A DNA stretch of 60,714 bases, from NCBI GenBank assembly GCA_035570215.1, contig DATMLK010000194.1, forward strand, positions 1 through 60,714. Direction: 5' to 3'. A program made the position numbers and the translations under genes. The stretch's first letter is position 1. Every line of letters begins with the position of its first letter. The notes beneath the pieces were generated by a model. The model was given only the letters and a program-made list of their open reading frames with translations, was not told the DNA's origin and did not search any database. Of this stretch, positions 30,240-38,488 are shown piece after piece. This stretch comes from Acidobacteriaceae bacterium. Lineage in GTDB: Bacteria > Acidobacteriota > Terriglobia > Terriglobales > Acidobacteriaceae.

Positions 30240-30672
30240 TTACTTCTTTGCTTCCAGTGCCACAGGCGACTGCGCCTGGTGCGGATGTTCGTTGCCGCGG
30301 TAGACCTTCAGCTTGGTCGCCATCTGGCGGCCCATCTTGGTCTTGGGCAGCATGCCCTTGACCGCTTCCTCGATGATCTTCTCGGGGCGGCGCGCCAGCA
30401 GCTTGGTGAAGCTCTCCTGGCGCAGGCCGCCGGGGAAGCCGGTGTAACGGCGATAGAGCTTCTGCTGCGCCTTCAGGCCCGTCAGCTGGATCTTCTCGGC
30501 GTTCACCACGATGATGTGGTCGCCGGTATCGATGTACGGCGTGTACATCGGGTTGTTCTTGCCCGCCAGAACGCTGGCAGCCTGCGTCGCAAGGCGGCAG
30601 CGTCTTGCCGCTGGCGTCGATCACGAACCACTTGCGCTCAAAGTTCTGCGCGGTAGGAATAAATGTGGACAT
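30240..30672 (-). pseudogene. rplM: 50S ribosomal protein L13, reading frame interrupted as assembled (2-nt gap at about 30597)
   Basis: The N-terminal 25 codons ([25 protein letters not shown], 30672-30598) are in one frame. The rest ([35 protein letters not shown]...[13 protein letters not shown], 30596-30240) is in another. ...ACGCTG C CGCCTT... occupies the position where L13 proteins have GKTLGRLA. Confidence 0.9.
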
Positions 30673-30813
30673 TACTGCTCTCCTTTACAACTCAACGCTT
30701 CCCTCGGGGACCGCGTCTTCCTGCTGGAAGATCTTCCTACTGAAAAATCTTCTGTTGGCCACCGCAGTCGCACGCCGGTTTCGTTTTTCCGCATGCAAAA
30801 TGCAGGAAGACGC
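30673..30813 (-). promoter_or_regulatory. structured 5' leader of rplM-rpsI
   Basis: A perfect 12-bp long-range inverted repeat, GCGTCTTCCTGC (30713-30724) / GCAGGAAGACGC (30802-30813), encloses the 12-bp palindrome GGAAGATCTTCC (30726-30737) and further TCTTC/GAAGA copies. The RBS AAAGGAGAG lies at 30679-30687 (minus strand). Confidence 0.45.
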
Positions 30814-31056
30814 CCGGGTGAAAAGAACAGTGTGTGAGGTGGGTGCTTCCGGAGCCCTTAAGCTCTCGAGTGGATCCACATCGCTCGCCGGTCCGCTCTA
30901 TCCTTCGACTTGCTTGTTCCAGATTTTGGAACAACATACGGACGAGCAGACGCGCTACTGCGCGAGATTTAAGAATAGCCGAACCGGGCAGGCGAGTCAA
31001 CGGAAGAAATAGCCTCCAAACGCCCTTTTTTCATCACTTACGGCCAAATTTACGGC

Positions 31057-32157
31057 TTATTCGTACGACAGAGCGTCAATCGGGTCCTTCCGCGCCGCCT
31101 TCCACGCCGGATAGAGCGCGCCCAGCAGCGCGCCGGCCAGCGCAATTCCCACGGCCTTCAGCACCCAGTCATAGGTAATGACGAAGTCCACCTCCGGCAT
31201 GCGGTTGTGGAAGATGAACTCCAGCAAGAAGCTCAGCAGGATGCCCACGAATATCCCCGCCACCGCCAGCATGCCCGACTCCCGCAGCACCAGGCCCACG
31301 ATGTAGCCGCTCCCCGCGCCCATCGACTTCAGAATGCCGATCTCGCGCGTGCGCTCCATCACCGCCGTATACATGGACTGGAAGATCACCAGGAACCCGA
31401 TCACCACCGAGATGCCGATGACGATATGCAGCGCGATGTTGAAGCCGGGCGTCCGCTCCGGCGTAATAGCGGCCATCAACTCGTCCAGCGTCTCCACGTC
31501 ATACTTCTCCATGCCGCCGAGCTTCAGGATCGCTGCTCGCACCGCCTCCTGATTCTTCGGCGCGTCCTTCGTCTTCAGGTAGAACGCGCTGGCGCCCACG
31601 TCGCCGTCCAGTTCGTCCATGGTCGTGATGGGGATGAACTTTCGCCCGCCCTTGCCATGTTCCACCACGCCGGAGATGCGGAAGTTGTTATTCAGGATGC
31701 TGATGGTGTCGCCTACATGCAGGTGTTTGTCCGAAGAGACGAAGTCGTCGATGATGGCGTCCATCGGCCCCTGGAACGGCCCGCCCTCTTTGAACACAAA
31801 TGGCTTCAGCGCGTTGTAGCTCTCAAAGTCGATGCCATAGATGTTCTCCAGCTTCTCTCCGCTGCTCAGGTGGATGTTGACCGGCGCCACCACCTCCACA
31901 TCGGGAATGGCGCGCAGCTTATTCGCTATGCCCAGCGGCGCAGGCGCTCCGCTGGAACCCATCAGGTTGGAGGCCGTTCCCGGCCGCGCCATCATGTCCA
32001 TGCCGATGCCGCTGGTGCGCGTCTTGGTCCCGTTCAGCATACCCATCAGGGCGGCGGCGATGGAAAGGATCATCACCACTTCAATGGCGACGGCGAAGAC
32101 GCTGATAAGGGAGCGCAGCGGACGGTGGACGAGGTTACCGAAGACAAGCTTATTCAT
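31057..32157 (-). CDS. ABC transporter permease, FtsX/MacB-like
   Basis: An N-terminal TM, a periplasmic MacB-like domain and a C-terminal FtsX module (REIGILKSMGAGSGYIVGLVLRESGMLAVAGIFVG). The start is taken at MNKLVFGNLVHRPLRS. Confidence 0.85.
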   Translation of the reverse strand: MNKLVFGNLVHRPLRSLISVFAVAIEVVMILSIAAALMGMLNGTKTRTSGIGMDMMARPGTASNLMGSSGAPAPLGIANKLRAIPDVEVVAPVNIHLSSGEKLENIYGIDFESYNALKPFVFKEGGPFQGPMDAIIDDFVSSDKHLHVGDTISILNNNFRISGVVEHGKGGRKFIPITTMDELDGDVGASAFYLKTKDAPKNQEAVRAAILKLGGMEKYDVETLDELMAAITPERTPGFNIALHIVIGISVVIGFLVIFQSMYTAVMERTREIGILKSMGAGSGYIVGLVLRESGMLAVAGIFVGILLSFLLEFIFHNRMPEVDFVITYDWVLKAVGIALAGALLGALYPAWKAARKDPIDALSYE

Positions 32158-32286
32158 GCTGCTTTCAGTGTATGGTCTTGAGCGTTTGCGGCAAAGGCAG
32201 ACCCGTCCGATGCTGGGCTCGGGTATATTCTGCAATTACGGCAGGCCGTTGCAACCGGCCACTAAAATCCCGTATTCGCGAGGAAC

Positions 32287-33003
32287 ATGACGCAGGCGCT
32301 GTTCGACAGGTACTACTACTCCAAACCCGGCTTTGAGGGTGGAACGCGCCCGTTCTTCCGGCTGTGCAGAGAGCGGATTCCCGCCGGCTCGGAGATTCTG
32401 GAGATCGGCTCCGGTCCAACCAATCCGTGCTCGCAGATGCTGAGCGAGATTGGCACAGTCACGGGTCTCGATATCGATAAGGATGTGCAGAACAACCAGT
32501 GGCTTGCAAAGGCCTGCGTATACGGCGGCAGAGAGATCCCCTTCGCCGATGCATCCTTCGATGCCTGCGTCTCAAACTTTGTACTGGAGCATGTGGAGCA
32601 TCCCGTCGAACACTTCAAGGAGGTGGCGCGGGTGCTTCGTCCCGGCGGTGTCTACTGCCTGCGCACGCCGAATCTCTTTCACTACGTCTCCATGGGTGCG
32701 CACATCATGCCGCACTCCGTGCATCTGATGCTGGCGAACCGGCTGCGTTCGCTCGCCGACGATGCGCACGATCCCTACCCGACCTGGTTCCGCTCCAATA
32801 CCCGCCGGCGTCTGCGGCAACTCTGCCGCGAGAGCGGTCTGGCAGAGCCTGCAATCACCATGCTGGAGCCCGAGCCTTCGTACGGACGGGCCCACCCGCT
32901 GCTCTTCTACCCCATGATGGTCTATGAACGCGTGGTGAATCTGTCGGGCGCTCTCGCCGGTCTCCGCATTACGATTCTGCTCGCAGCGCATAAGCCCCTG
33001 TAG
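32287..33003 (+). CDS. class I SAM-dependent methyltransferase
   Basis: Motif I ILEIGSGPTN, post-I GLDID, and DACVSNFVLEHVEHP...LRPGGVYCL. Confidence 0.85.
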   Translation: MTQALFDRYYYSKPGFEGGTRPFFRLCRERIPAGSEILEIGSGPTNPCSQMLSEIGTVTGLDIDKDVQNNQWLAKACVYGGREIPFADASFDACVSNFVLEHVEHPVEHFKEVARVLRPGGVYCLRTPNLFHYVSMGAHIMPHSVHLMLANRLRSLADDAHDPYPTWFRSNTRRRLRQLCRESGLAEPAITMLEPEPSYGRAHPLLFYPMMVYERVVNLSGALAGLRITILLAAHKPL

Positions 33004-33007
33004 CCGC

Positions 33008-33061
33008 AGGTCGAATAGCCAGGATCGAATAGCCAGGTTCGAATGGCCAGGTTCGAAGGGC
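33008..33061. repeat. 4 x 13-14 bp tandem repeat
   Basis: AGGTCGAATAGCC | AGGATCGAATAGCC | AGGTTCGAATGGCC | AGGTTCGAAGGGC fills most of the spacer between two convergent stop codons. Confidence 0.85.
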
Positions 33062-33075
33062 AGATGACTCTGGGC

Positions 33076-34602
33076 TCATAAAGGTCCGCCGGCTGCCTCC
33101 GGTGGATCTGCCACGGCAGCCTTCGGGAAATCGCGCACATTGCGCATCAACACAGACTTACGCCGCTCGGGGAAGAAGAGGCTGCCTATAAGCGGCAATG
33201 CGTGCCGTGCCGTGAAGACGGTGAGCACGAGTACAACCGTCGTCTGGAACGCCGCGCCAACACATGCGCCCAGAGAGCCCTCCGGCCCGATATGCAGGAA
33301 GAGCACGGTGTAGATCAGCCCCCACGGCGATTTCTTGATGCTCCCTGATACCGAATCAACCACTGCGAACAACAGCGTCATCACGATCGGCAAAAGCAGG
33401 AAGACGCCTGGCCATCCTCCCATGTTAAATCCGTCCGCCGACGGCCCAAAGGAGACGCTTGTATCCTCATCTTCATCAGCGAGTATTCCAACCTCATGTC
33501 CATAGACATTGTTGTAGTTGGTGTTTGGCTTGTCCGGCCACACGAAGTGCGGGATGATGTTTTCCACGGCAAAGATCATCGGCTGATAGCCGAATTTTGG
33601 GCCATTGTCAGCGACATCGATGAGTGAGTCATCGATTCCGATCATGCTGAGCCGCTCCAGAAAGCCGCGATTCTGGGTATAGTAATGCGGCCCAATACCG
33701 AGCGCGTCCTCGCTCGACTTGTCGTTCTCCGCACGTACTTCATCCAGATGTTCCAGCCAGTAGATGCTGGTGTCCATACGCTCACTAATGTCGTAGATCG
33801 ATCGCGTGTAATTGCGCACGACCTGGGAATAGGGCACCAGGTAGTAGACCGTAAAAAAGACCACAATGGCCATTGCCGCAATGCCCGAAGGACGGAACTT
33901 GTAGCGCAGTGCGGCGCACGCAACCCCATAGGTCACCAACGGCGTAAATAGCCCCTGCTTCGAAGTGGCCAGAATCCCCCAAAAAGCGATCATGAACAGG
34001 CCGCCGAAGACAATGAAGCCATTAAGGCTCCGGCGGCCGCCCGAGCTGCGAATCTCATCGTAGGTGCTCAATACGATTCCGAGCGGAAGGAACTGGGTAA
34101 ATTGATTCAGGGCGCTGGAAATACTGCCCGGCTCGTTATTGCCCAAAAAGCCTGCGATAAACGGCATGCCAATCCCCAGCGCAATGCAACCGATGGCGAT
34201 CTGGCGGCTATCCTCCGGCACATCGCCCAGTTCCAGCAATGCCACCTTCGGAATAAGCCTCCGGCTGACAAACACGGCCAGCAGCATGCCCGCCATCCCC
34301 GCCGTAAAGACCAGGATGGTCGTCATCGGATCCCTCAGATTGGAATCAGCCGATTCACCAAATACGACTTTGGCGCATTGGGCCAGGATCAGGCTGAGTA
34401 TCGAATTGGCGAAGATGTATGCGCCCGATGCACGATAGAGGCCGCCGGCAAGATTAAAGGCGATGGTGGCCATCATGATGTAGGCAAAGACGCAACCCGC
34501 AAACAGGGGGGGCGTTCCCAGGAGCAGCTCGAAGGCGCAGAGTAAGGCCGCAAAACAGCCTGCATGCCAGGGAATGATCCGCTCGGGGAAGGGTAGGCGC
34601 AT
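33076..34602 (-). CDS. large polytopic membrane protein (Wzy/O-antigen-polymerase-like architecture; function unknown)
   Basis: Ten or more hydrophobic segments with a hydrophilic loop of about 130 aa (YDISERMDTSIYWLEHLDEVRAEND...NVYGHEVGILADEDEDTS). G+C is lower than the neighbours (28/60 at 33481-33540). The start is taken at MRLPFPERIIPWH. Confidence 0.55.
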   Translation of the reverse strand: MRLPFPERIIPWHAGCFAALLCAFELLLGTPPLFAGCVFAYIMMATIAFNLAGGLYRASGAYIFANSILSLILAQCAKVVFGESADSNLRDPMTTILVFTAGMAGMLLAVFVSRRLIPKVALLELGDVPEDSRQIAIGCIALGIGMPFIAGFLGNNEPGSISSALNQFTQFLPLGIVLSTYDEIRSSGGRRSLNGFIVFGGLFMIAFWGILATSKQGLFTPLVTYGVACAALRYKFRPSGIAAMAIVVFFTVYYLVPYSQVVRNYTRSIYDISERMDTSIYWLEHLDEVRAENDKSSEDALGIGPHYYTQNRGFLERLSMIGIDDSLIDVADNGPKFGYQPMIFAVENIIPHFVWPDKPNTNYNNVYGHEVGILADEDEDTSVSFGPSADGFNMGGWPGVFLLLPIVMTLLFAVVDSVSGSIKKSPWGLIYTVLFLHIGPEGSLGACVGAAFQTTVVLVLTVFTARHALPLIGSLFFPERRKSVLMRNVRDFPKAAVADPPEAAGGPL

Positions 34603-34834
34603 AGGGGCAGACAGGCAGGCGCAATCGTCCAGTTGGGCCGCAGCCTTCAGTCTATCAAGCCGCCCGGCGGCGCGGTGGCTCCCGCGAAAGCCGCTGGGGT
34701 AAAATAAAAACATCACACTGCGGCTGCGATCTCGTTCTGAAACGAGCCCTCCGCGTGATGAGGTTTATGCCTGTTCTGCCTCCGCGCAAACATACTGCAT
34801 AGCCATTCGCGTTCTTATATCAGAAGGAGATTTC

Positions 34835-36016
34835 TTGTCCGATCACAATCGCATCCTCTTCACCTCCGAGTCCGTTACCGAAGGCCACCCCGACAAGATC
34901 GCCGACCAGATCTCGGACGCCATTCTTGATGCCTGCCTCGCCGCCGATCCCATGAGCCGCGTTGCCTGCGAGACCCTGACCTGCACCGGCCTGGTCGTCG
35001 TAGCCGGCGAGATCACCACCAAGGCGCACCTCGACATCCAGAAGCTGGTTCGTTCCACCGTGGCCGAGATCGGCTACGACAATGCCCTTTACGGCTTTGA
35101 CTCGAACACCTGCTCGGTCATCTCCGCCATCAACAGCCAGTCCCCCGACATCGCCATGGGCGTGGATACCGGCGGCGCCGGCGACCAGGGCATGATGTTC
35201 GGCTATGCCACCAACGAGACGCCGGAGCTGATGCCGACGCCCATTTCGCTGGCCCACAAGCTTGCCGAGAAGCTTTCCCAGGTTCGCAAGTCCGGCCTGA
35301 TGCCCTACCTGCGCGCCGACGGCAAGAGCCAGGTCACCGTGGAGTATGACAAGGCCGGCAAACCCATCCGCGTGGACGCCGTCGTCATCTCCACCCAGCA
35401 CGCCGAGGACGTCACCAATGAGACCCTCCGTGCCGACATCATGAAGCACGTCATCCAGGCCGTCATTCCCGCCGCCCTGCTGGACAAGGACACCAAGTAC
35501 CACATCAACCCCACCGGCCGCTTCGTCATCGGCGGCCCCATGGGCGATAGCGGCCTGACCGGCCGCAAGATCATCGTCGACACCTACGGCGGCATGGGCC
35601 GTCACGGCGGTGGCGCCTTCTCCGGCAAGGATCCGACAAAGGTTGACCGTTCGGCCGCTTATATGGCCCGTTACGTGGCCAAGAACATCGTCGCTGCCGG
35701 CCTCGCCGACCGCGCCGAAGTTCAGCTGGCCTACGCCATCGGCGTCGCCGAGCCGGTCTCGGTCCGGGTGGATACCTTCGGCACCGGCAAGATCGCCGAT
35801 GAGCTCATCGCCAGGGCCGTGCGCGAGACCTTCAAGCTCACCCCCAAGGGCATCATCGACACCCTGAACCTCCGCCGCCCCATCTACAAGAAGACCGCGG
35901 CCTACGGCCACTTCGGCCGCACCGGCGACGGCTTTACCTGGGAAAAGACCGACAAGGCCGAGGCTCTGCGCGAGCAGGCCGGCCTGAAGGGCAAGCCCGA
36001 ACTGGTTCAGGCATAG
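34835..36016 (+). CDS. metK: S-adenosylmethionine synthetase
   Basis: [20 protein letters not shown] and [12 protein letters not shown]. The TTG start is preceded by AGGAGA. Confidence 0.97.
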   Translation: MSDHNRILFTSESVTEGHPDKIADQISDAILDACLAADPMSRVACETLTCTGLVVVAGEITTKAHLDIQKLVRSTVAEIGYDNALYGFDSNTCSVISAINSQSPDIAMGVDTGGAGDQGMMFGYATNETPELMPTPISLAHKLAEKLSQVRKSGLMPYLRADGKSQVTVEYDKAGKPIRVDAVVISTQHAEDVTNETLRADIMKHVIQAVIPAALLDKDTKYHINPTGRFVIGGPMGDSGLTGRKIIVDTYGGMGRHGGGAFSGKDPTKVDRSAAYMARYVAKNIVAAGLADRAEVQLAYAIGVAEPVSVRVDTFGTGKIADELIARAVRETFKLTPKGIIDTLNLRRPIYKKTAAYGHFGRTGDGFTWEKTDKAEALREQAGLKGKPELVQA

Positions 36017-36045
36017 CGCTTCGCAGAAAACAAAAGTAGTCAAGG

Positions 36046-36077
36046 AAAGGCGGGCCACCTCGGCCCGCTTTTCTTTT
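36046..36077 (+). terminator. rho-independent terminator after metK
   Basis: GAAAGGCGGGCC-ACCTC-GGCCCGCTTTTCTTTT. Confidence 0.8.
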
Positions 36078-36128
36078 GCCGCGGCGTTTCTGTTTTGCCG
36101 CGGCGCTTGCGTACCGTATCGTCAAACG

Positions 36129-37373
36129 ATGGAGCATGCCCCGCCGCTGATCTTCCACACACGCGCCCGCCTGCTCGCCATGGGATTCGCCATGGCCCCG
36201 CTCGGCTTCGTCTTCGGCTTCATCAATACGGGCGTCCCCATCCTGCTCGCCGCGCAGGGCGTATCTGTCGGACGCATCGCCAGCGTGGTGGTGATCTGCT
36301 ACCTGCCCACCTCGATCGGCTTTCTGGGCTGCCCCATCCTGGACGTTCGCTTCACCCGACGCGCCTACATCATCGTCTGCGCTCTCATCGCGGCGCTCTC
36401 GCTGGCCGCGGCCGTTCTGCTCTACCGGCACATCGATCTCTTCACCGCGTTCACCGTTCTCTCCTGCACCGCCGTCGTCTTTCTGGGCAATGCGCTGGGC
36501 GGCTGGCAGGCGGACGTGATTCCCTCGGCCGACTTCGGCTGGCTGGGCGCGTGGTTGAACATCGCCAACCTCGGCGCGGCCGGCATCTTTGGAACGCTTA
36601 CCATCCATCTTGTACGCACACTGCCCATCGGCGTGGCTGCTGCCCTGCTCGCGCTCATCATCCTGCTGCCGCTGCTTCTGCTCTTCGCCTATCCAGCGCC
36701 GCTGCTGCCCACCCGCGGTGCCGGTGAGACCTTCCGCAGACTCTTCCGCGACATCTTTCACATCTTCCGCCAGCGCGCCTGCCTGCTCGGCCTGCTGGCG
36801 TTCCTTCTGCCCTCCAGCTGCTTTGCGCTGTCAGACGTCTTCGCCAGCCTCGGCAAAGACTTCCACACCAGCGAGAACGCCATGGCGAATCTCGACGGTG
36901 TCGGCGTCGCCATCGCCTGCTCGCTCGGCACGCTGATCGGCGCCGTGCTGTGCAATAAGTTTTTCCGCGGCAAGGTCTATGTGGCCATCGGCTTCGGCGG
37001 AGCGATCTGCTCCATCGCGCTGATGTTTACGCCGCACACGCTTCTCTACTTCGCCGGCGGCCTGCTGGGCTACAGCTTCGTGCAGGGGATCAATTACACC
37101 GCCTTCAGCGCCTTCTCTCTCGACCTGACCGGCCCCAACAATCCGCTCGCCGCCACCCAGATCGCCGTGCTCACGGCCGCAGCCAATATGCCCATCCTCT
37201 ACATGGCCTACCTGGAAGGACATGTGCATGATCGCTTCGGCTTGAGACCGATGTTCGCCGTCGATGCAGGCGCAAGCGTGCTGGCCGCCACACTGCTTCT
37301 CTATCTCTTTCGCAGGTATCACATCGACCAAGGCCCGCTGACCCAACCCGAGATCGTGATTGCCGCATCATAA
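36129..37373 (+). CDS. MFS-type transporter
   Basis: A 414-aa protein with about 12 hydrophobic segments in a 6+6 arrangement and a central basic loop. The family call is from architecture only. Confidence 0.55.
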   Translation: MEHAPPLIFHTRARLLAMGFAMAPLGFVFGFINTGVPILLAAQGVSVGRIASVVVICYLPTSIGFLGCPILDVRFTRRAYIIVCALIAALSLAAAVLLYRHIDLFTAFTVLSCTAVVFLGNALGGWQADVIPSADFGWLGAWLNIANLGAAGIFGTLTIHLVRTLPIGVAAALLALIILLPLLLLFAYPAPLLPTRGAGETFRRLFRDIFHIFRQRACLLGLLAFLLPSSCFALSDVFASLGKDFHTSENAMANLDGVGVAIACSLGTLIGAVLCNKFFRGKVYVAIGFGGAICSIALMFTPHTLLYFAGGLLGYSFVQGINYTAFSAFSLDLTGPNNPLAATQIAVLTAAANMPILYMAYLEGHVHDRFGLRPMFAVDAGASVLAATLLLYLFRRYHIDQGPLTQPEIVIAAS

Positions 37374-37407
37374 TAGGCGTGTAGAGTGGTGGGAGAGTAC
37401 TGCCAGT

Positions 37408-38340
37408 ATGCTGATTCGCTCCGAGTTCGAGATCCAGTTCCAGCTCCATGCCCCCGTGGCCATGGTGGCGATGCTGCATGTGCATCCCTCGCTCGACGCG
37501 CAGCTGCGCCAGCCGGACAACGTCCGCATTGAGCAGATTGACGGCAGCATGGTCACGCCCATTCGCGCCGAGTCGTACCTGGACAGCTTCGGCAACCGCT
37601 GCGAGCGCTTCCTTGCGCCGCAGGGCATGATTCGCCTGAGCGGCTCGAACGTGATCGAGCACTCCGGCCAGCCCGACACCATCGAGACCGGTGCCGAACA
37701 GCACGCCATCGAAGATCTGCCCTCCGAGACGCTGCAGTTCCTGCTCAGCAGCCGCTACTGCCCCGTCGACCAGCTCTCGCACGCGGCCACCGACCTCTTC
37801 AGCCACACCAGTACCGGCTGGGCGCGCGCCATCGCCATCCGCGACTGGGTGCACAACCACGTGCAGTTCGACTACACCAAGGCACGGCCCACCAAGACCG
37901 CGCTCGACGTCTTCACCGAGCGCGTCGGCGTCTGCCGCGACTTCCAGCACCTGGCCATCACCCTCACCCGCGCCATGAACATTCCCGCGCGCTACGTCAC
38001 CGGCCAGCTCGGCGACATCCGCTCGCCCTACTCCGGCCCCGGCGACTACAGCGCGTGGTACCAGGTCTACCTTGGCGGCCGCTGGTGGACGATGGATGCA
38101 CGCCACAATGTGCCCCGCATCGGCCGCATCCTGATGGCCACGGGCCGCGACGCCACGGACGTTGCGCTTACCACCAGCTTCGGCATCGCCGACCTGAAGT
38201 ATTTCTACGTCGAAAGCAATGAGATGATGCCCGACGGCACACTGGTCCCCGTGCCCGGCGCGCCAACAGGCAACGCCAGGCCGCAGCCCGGCCCGGCCGC
38301 CGTGAAGCCGGACCTGCAGATTGTTACCGGCGCTGCCTAG
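37408..38340 (+). CDS. transglutaminase-like family protein
   Basis: Core Cys motif VGVCRDFQHLAITLTRAMNIPARYVTG, followed by SAWYQVYLGGRWWTMDARHN (His/Asp of the triad). The start is taken at MLIRSEFEIQF. Confidence 0.85.
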   Translation: MLIRSEFEIQFQLHAPVAMVAMLHVHPSLDAQLRQPDNVRIEQIDGSMVTPIRAESYLDSFGNRCERFLAPQGMIRLSGSNVIEHSGQPDTIETGAEQHAIEDLPSETLQFLLSSRYCPVDQLSHAATDLFSHTSTGWARAIAIRDWVHNHVQFDYTKARPTKTALDVFTERVGVCRDFQHLAITLTRAMNIPARYVTGQLGDIRSPYSGPGDYSAWYQVYLGGRWWTMDARHNVPRIGRILMATGRDATDVALTTSFGIADLKYFYVESNEMMPDGTLVPVPGAPTGNARPQPGPAAVKPDLQIVTGAA

Positions 38341-38488
38341 ACACCTCCCGCGAGCATCGCGAGCGCCAGGCGAACCGGAGTTCATGGCGAACGCCTTTGT
38401 TCGCTGGGGTGGAGAAGCAGTAAAAGCGCCCACGGCGCCTGCAAGATTCGGAGTGTAGTCTTTGCTCTGCCGGTAGACGATACTTGGC

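Noticed and set aside
30594-30600. Programmed +1/-2 ribosomal frameshifting in rplM.
   Set aside because: No slippery heptamer or stimulatory structure is evident at the junction. The defect removes exactly the conserved Gly codon in a G/C run. An assembly indel is the simpler explanation. It is kept as a finding because it needs read-level checking.
30857-30877. Three 6-bp restriction-type palindromes within 21 bp (CTTAAG, CTCGAG, GGATCC), plus AGATCT and GCATGC nearby, resembling a cloning polylinker.
   Set aside because: There are no vector-like flanks, selectable marker or origin. The surrounding sequence is continuous with native ribosomal and ABC genes. A short cluster of palindromes in an intergenic region is compatible with chance or with regulatory inverted repeats.
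30673-31056. A housekeeping ncRNA (SRP RNA, RNase P RNA, tmRNA, 6S) in the largest intergenic region.
   Set aside because: None of the diagnostic conserved sequences was found on either strand (for example, the RNase P P4 GAGGAAAGUCC, the tmRNA 5' GGGGCUGA, or the SRP domain IV GGAA-loop helix with matching strands). The region is better explained as the permease terminator, the rplM promoter and the rplM leader.
33008-33061. CRISPR-like array.
   Set aside because: The units are directly abutting 13-14-bp tandem repeats with no spacers. There are no cas genes in the window. It is a micro/minisatellite, not a CRISPR.
34717-34834. Possible SAM riboswitch upstream of metK. A possible SAH riboswitch upstream of ahcY (39359-39462) was also considered.
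   Set aside because: I could not find the conserved SAM-I, SAM-II or SAH core sequences or a convincing multi-stem fold. Only a small hairpin (CTCGTT/AACGAG) is present, and both leaders are only about 100-120 nt. An Rfam cmscan would be decisive.
34820-36058. 412-aa ORF on the minus strand opposite metK. Similar long antisense ORFs include 52718-54214 (opposite valS), 42325-43650 (NCS2), 25501-26775 (acyltransferase), 37171-38553, 18297-19442, 21121-22098, 16329-17357, 50965-52317, 45393-46460, 44387-45469, 12882-13961 and 10872-11900.
   Set aside because: Each lies antisense to, or out of frame within, a gene with unmistakable family motifs. Their translations are Arg/Gly/Ala/His-rich and low-complexity, typical of shadow ORFs in high-G+C DNA. 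No independent start or RBS support was seen.
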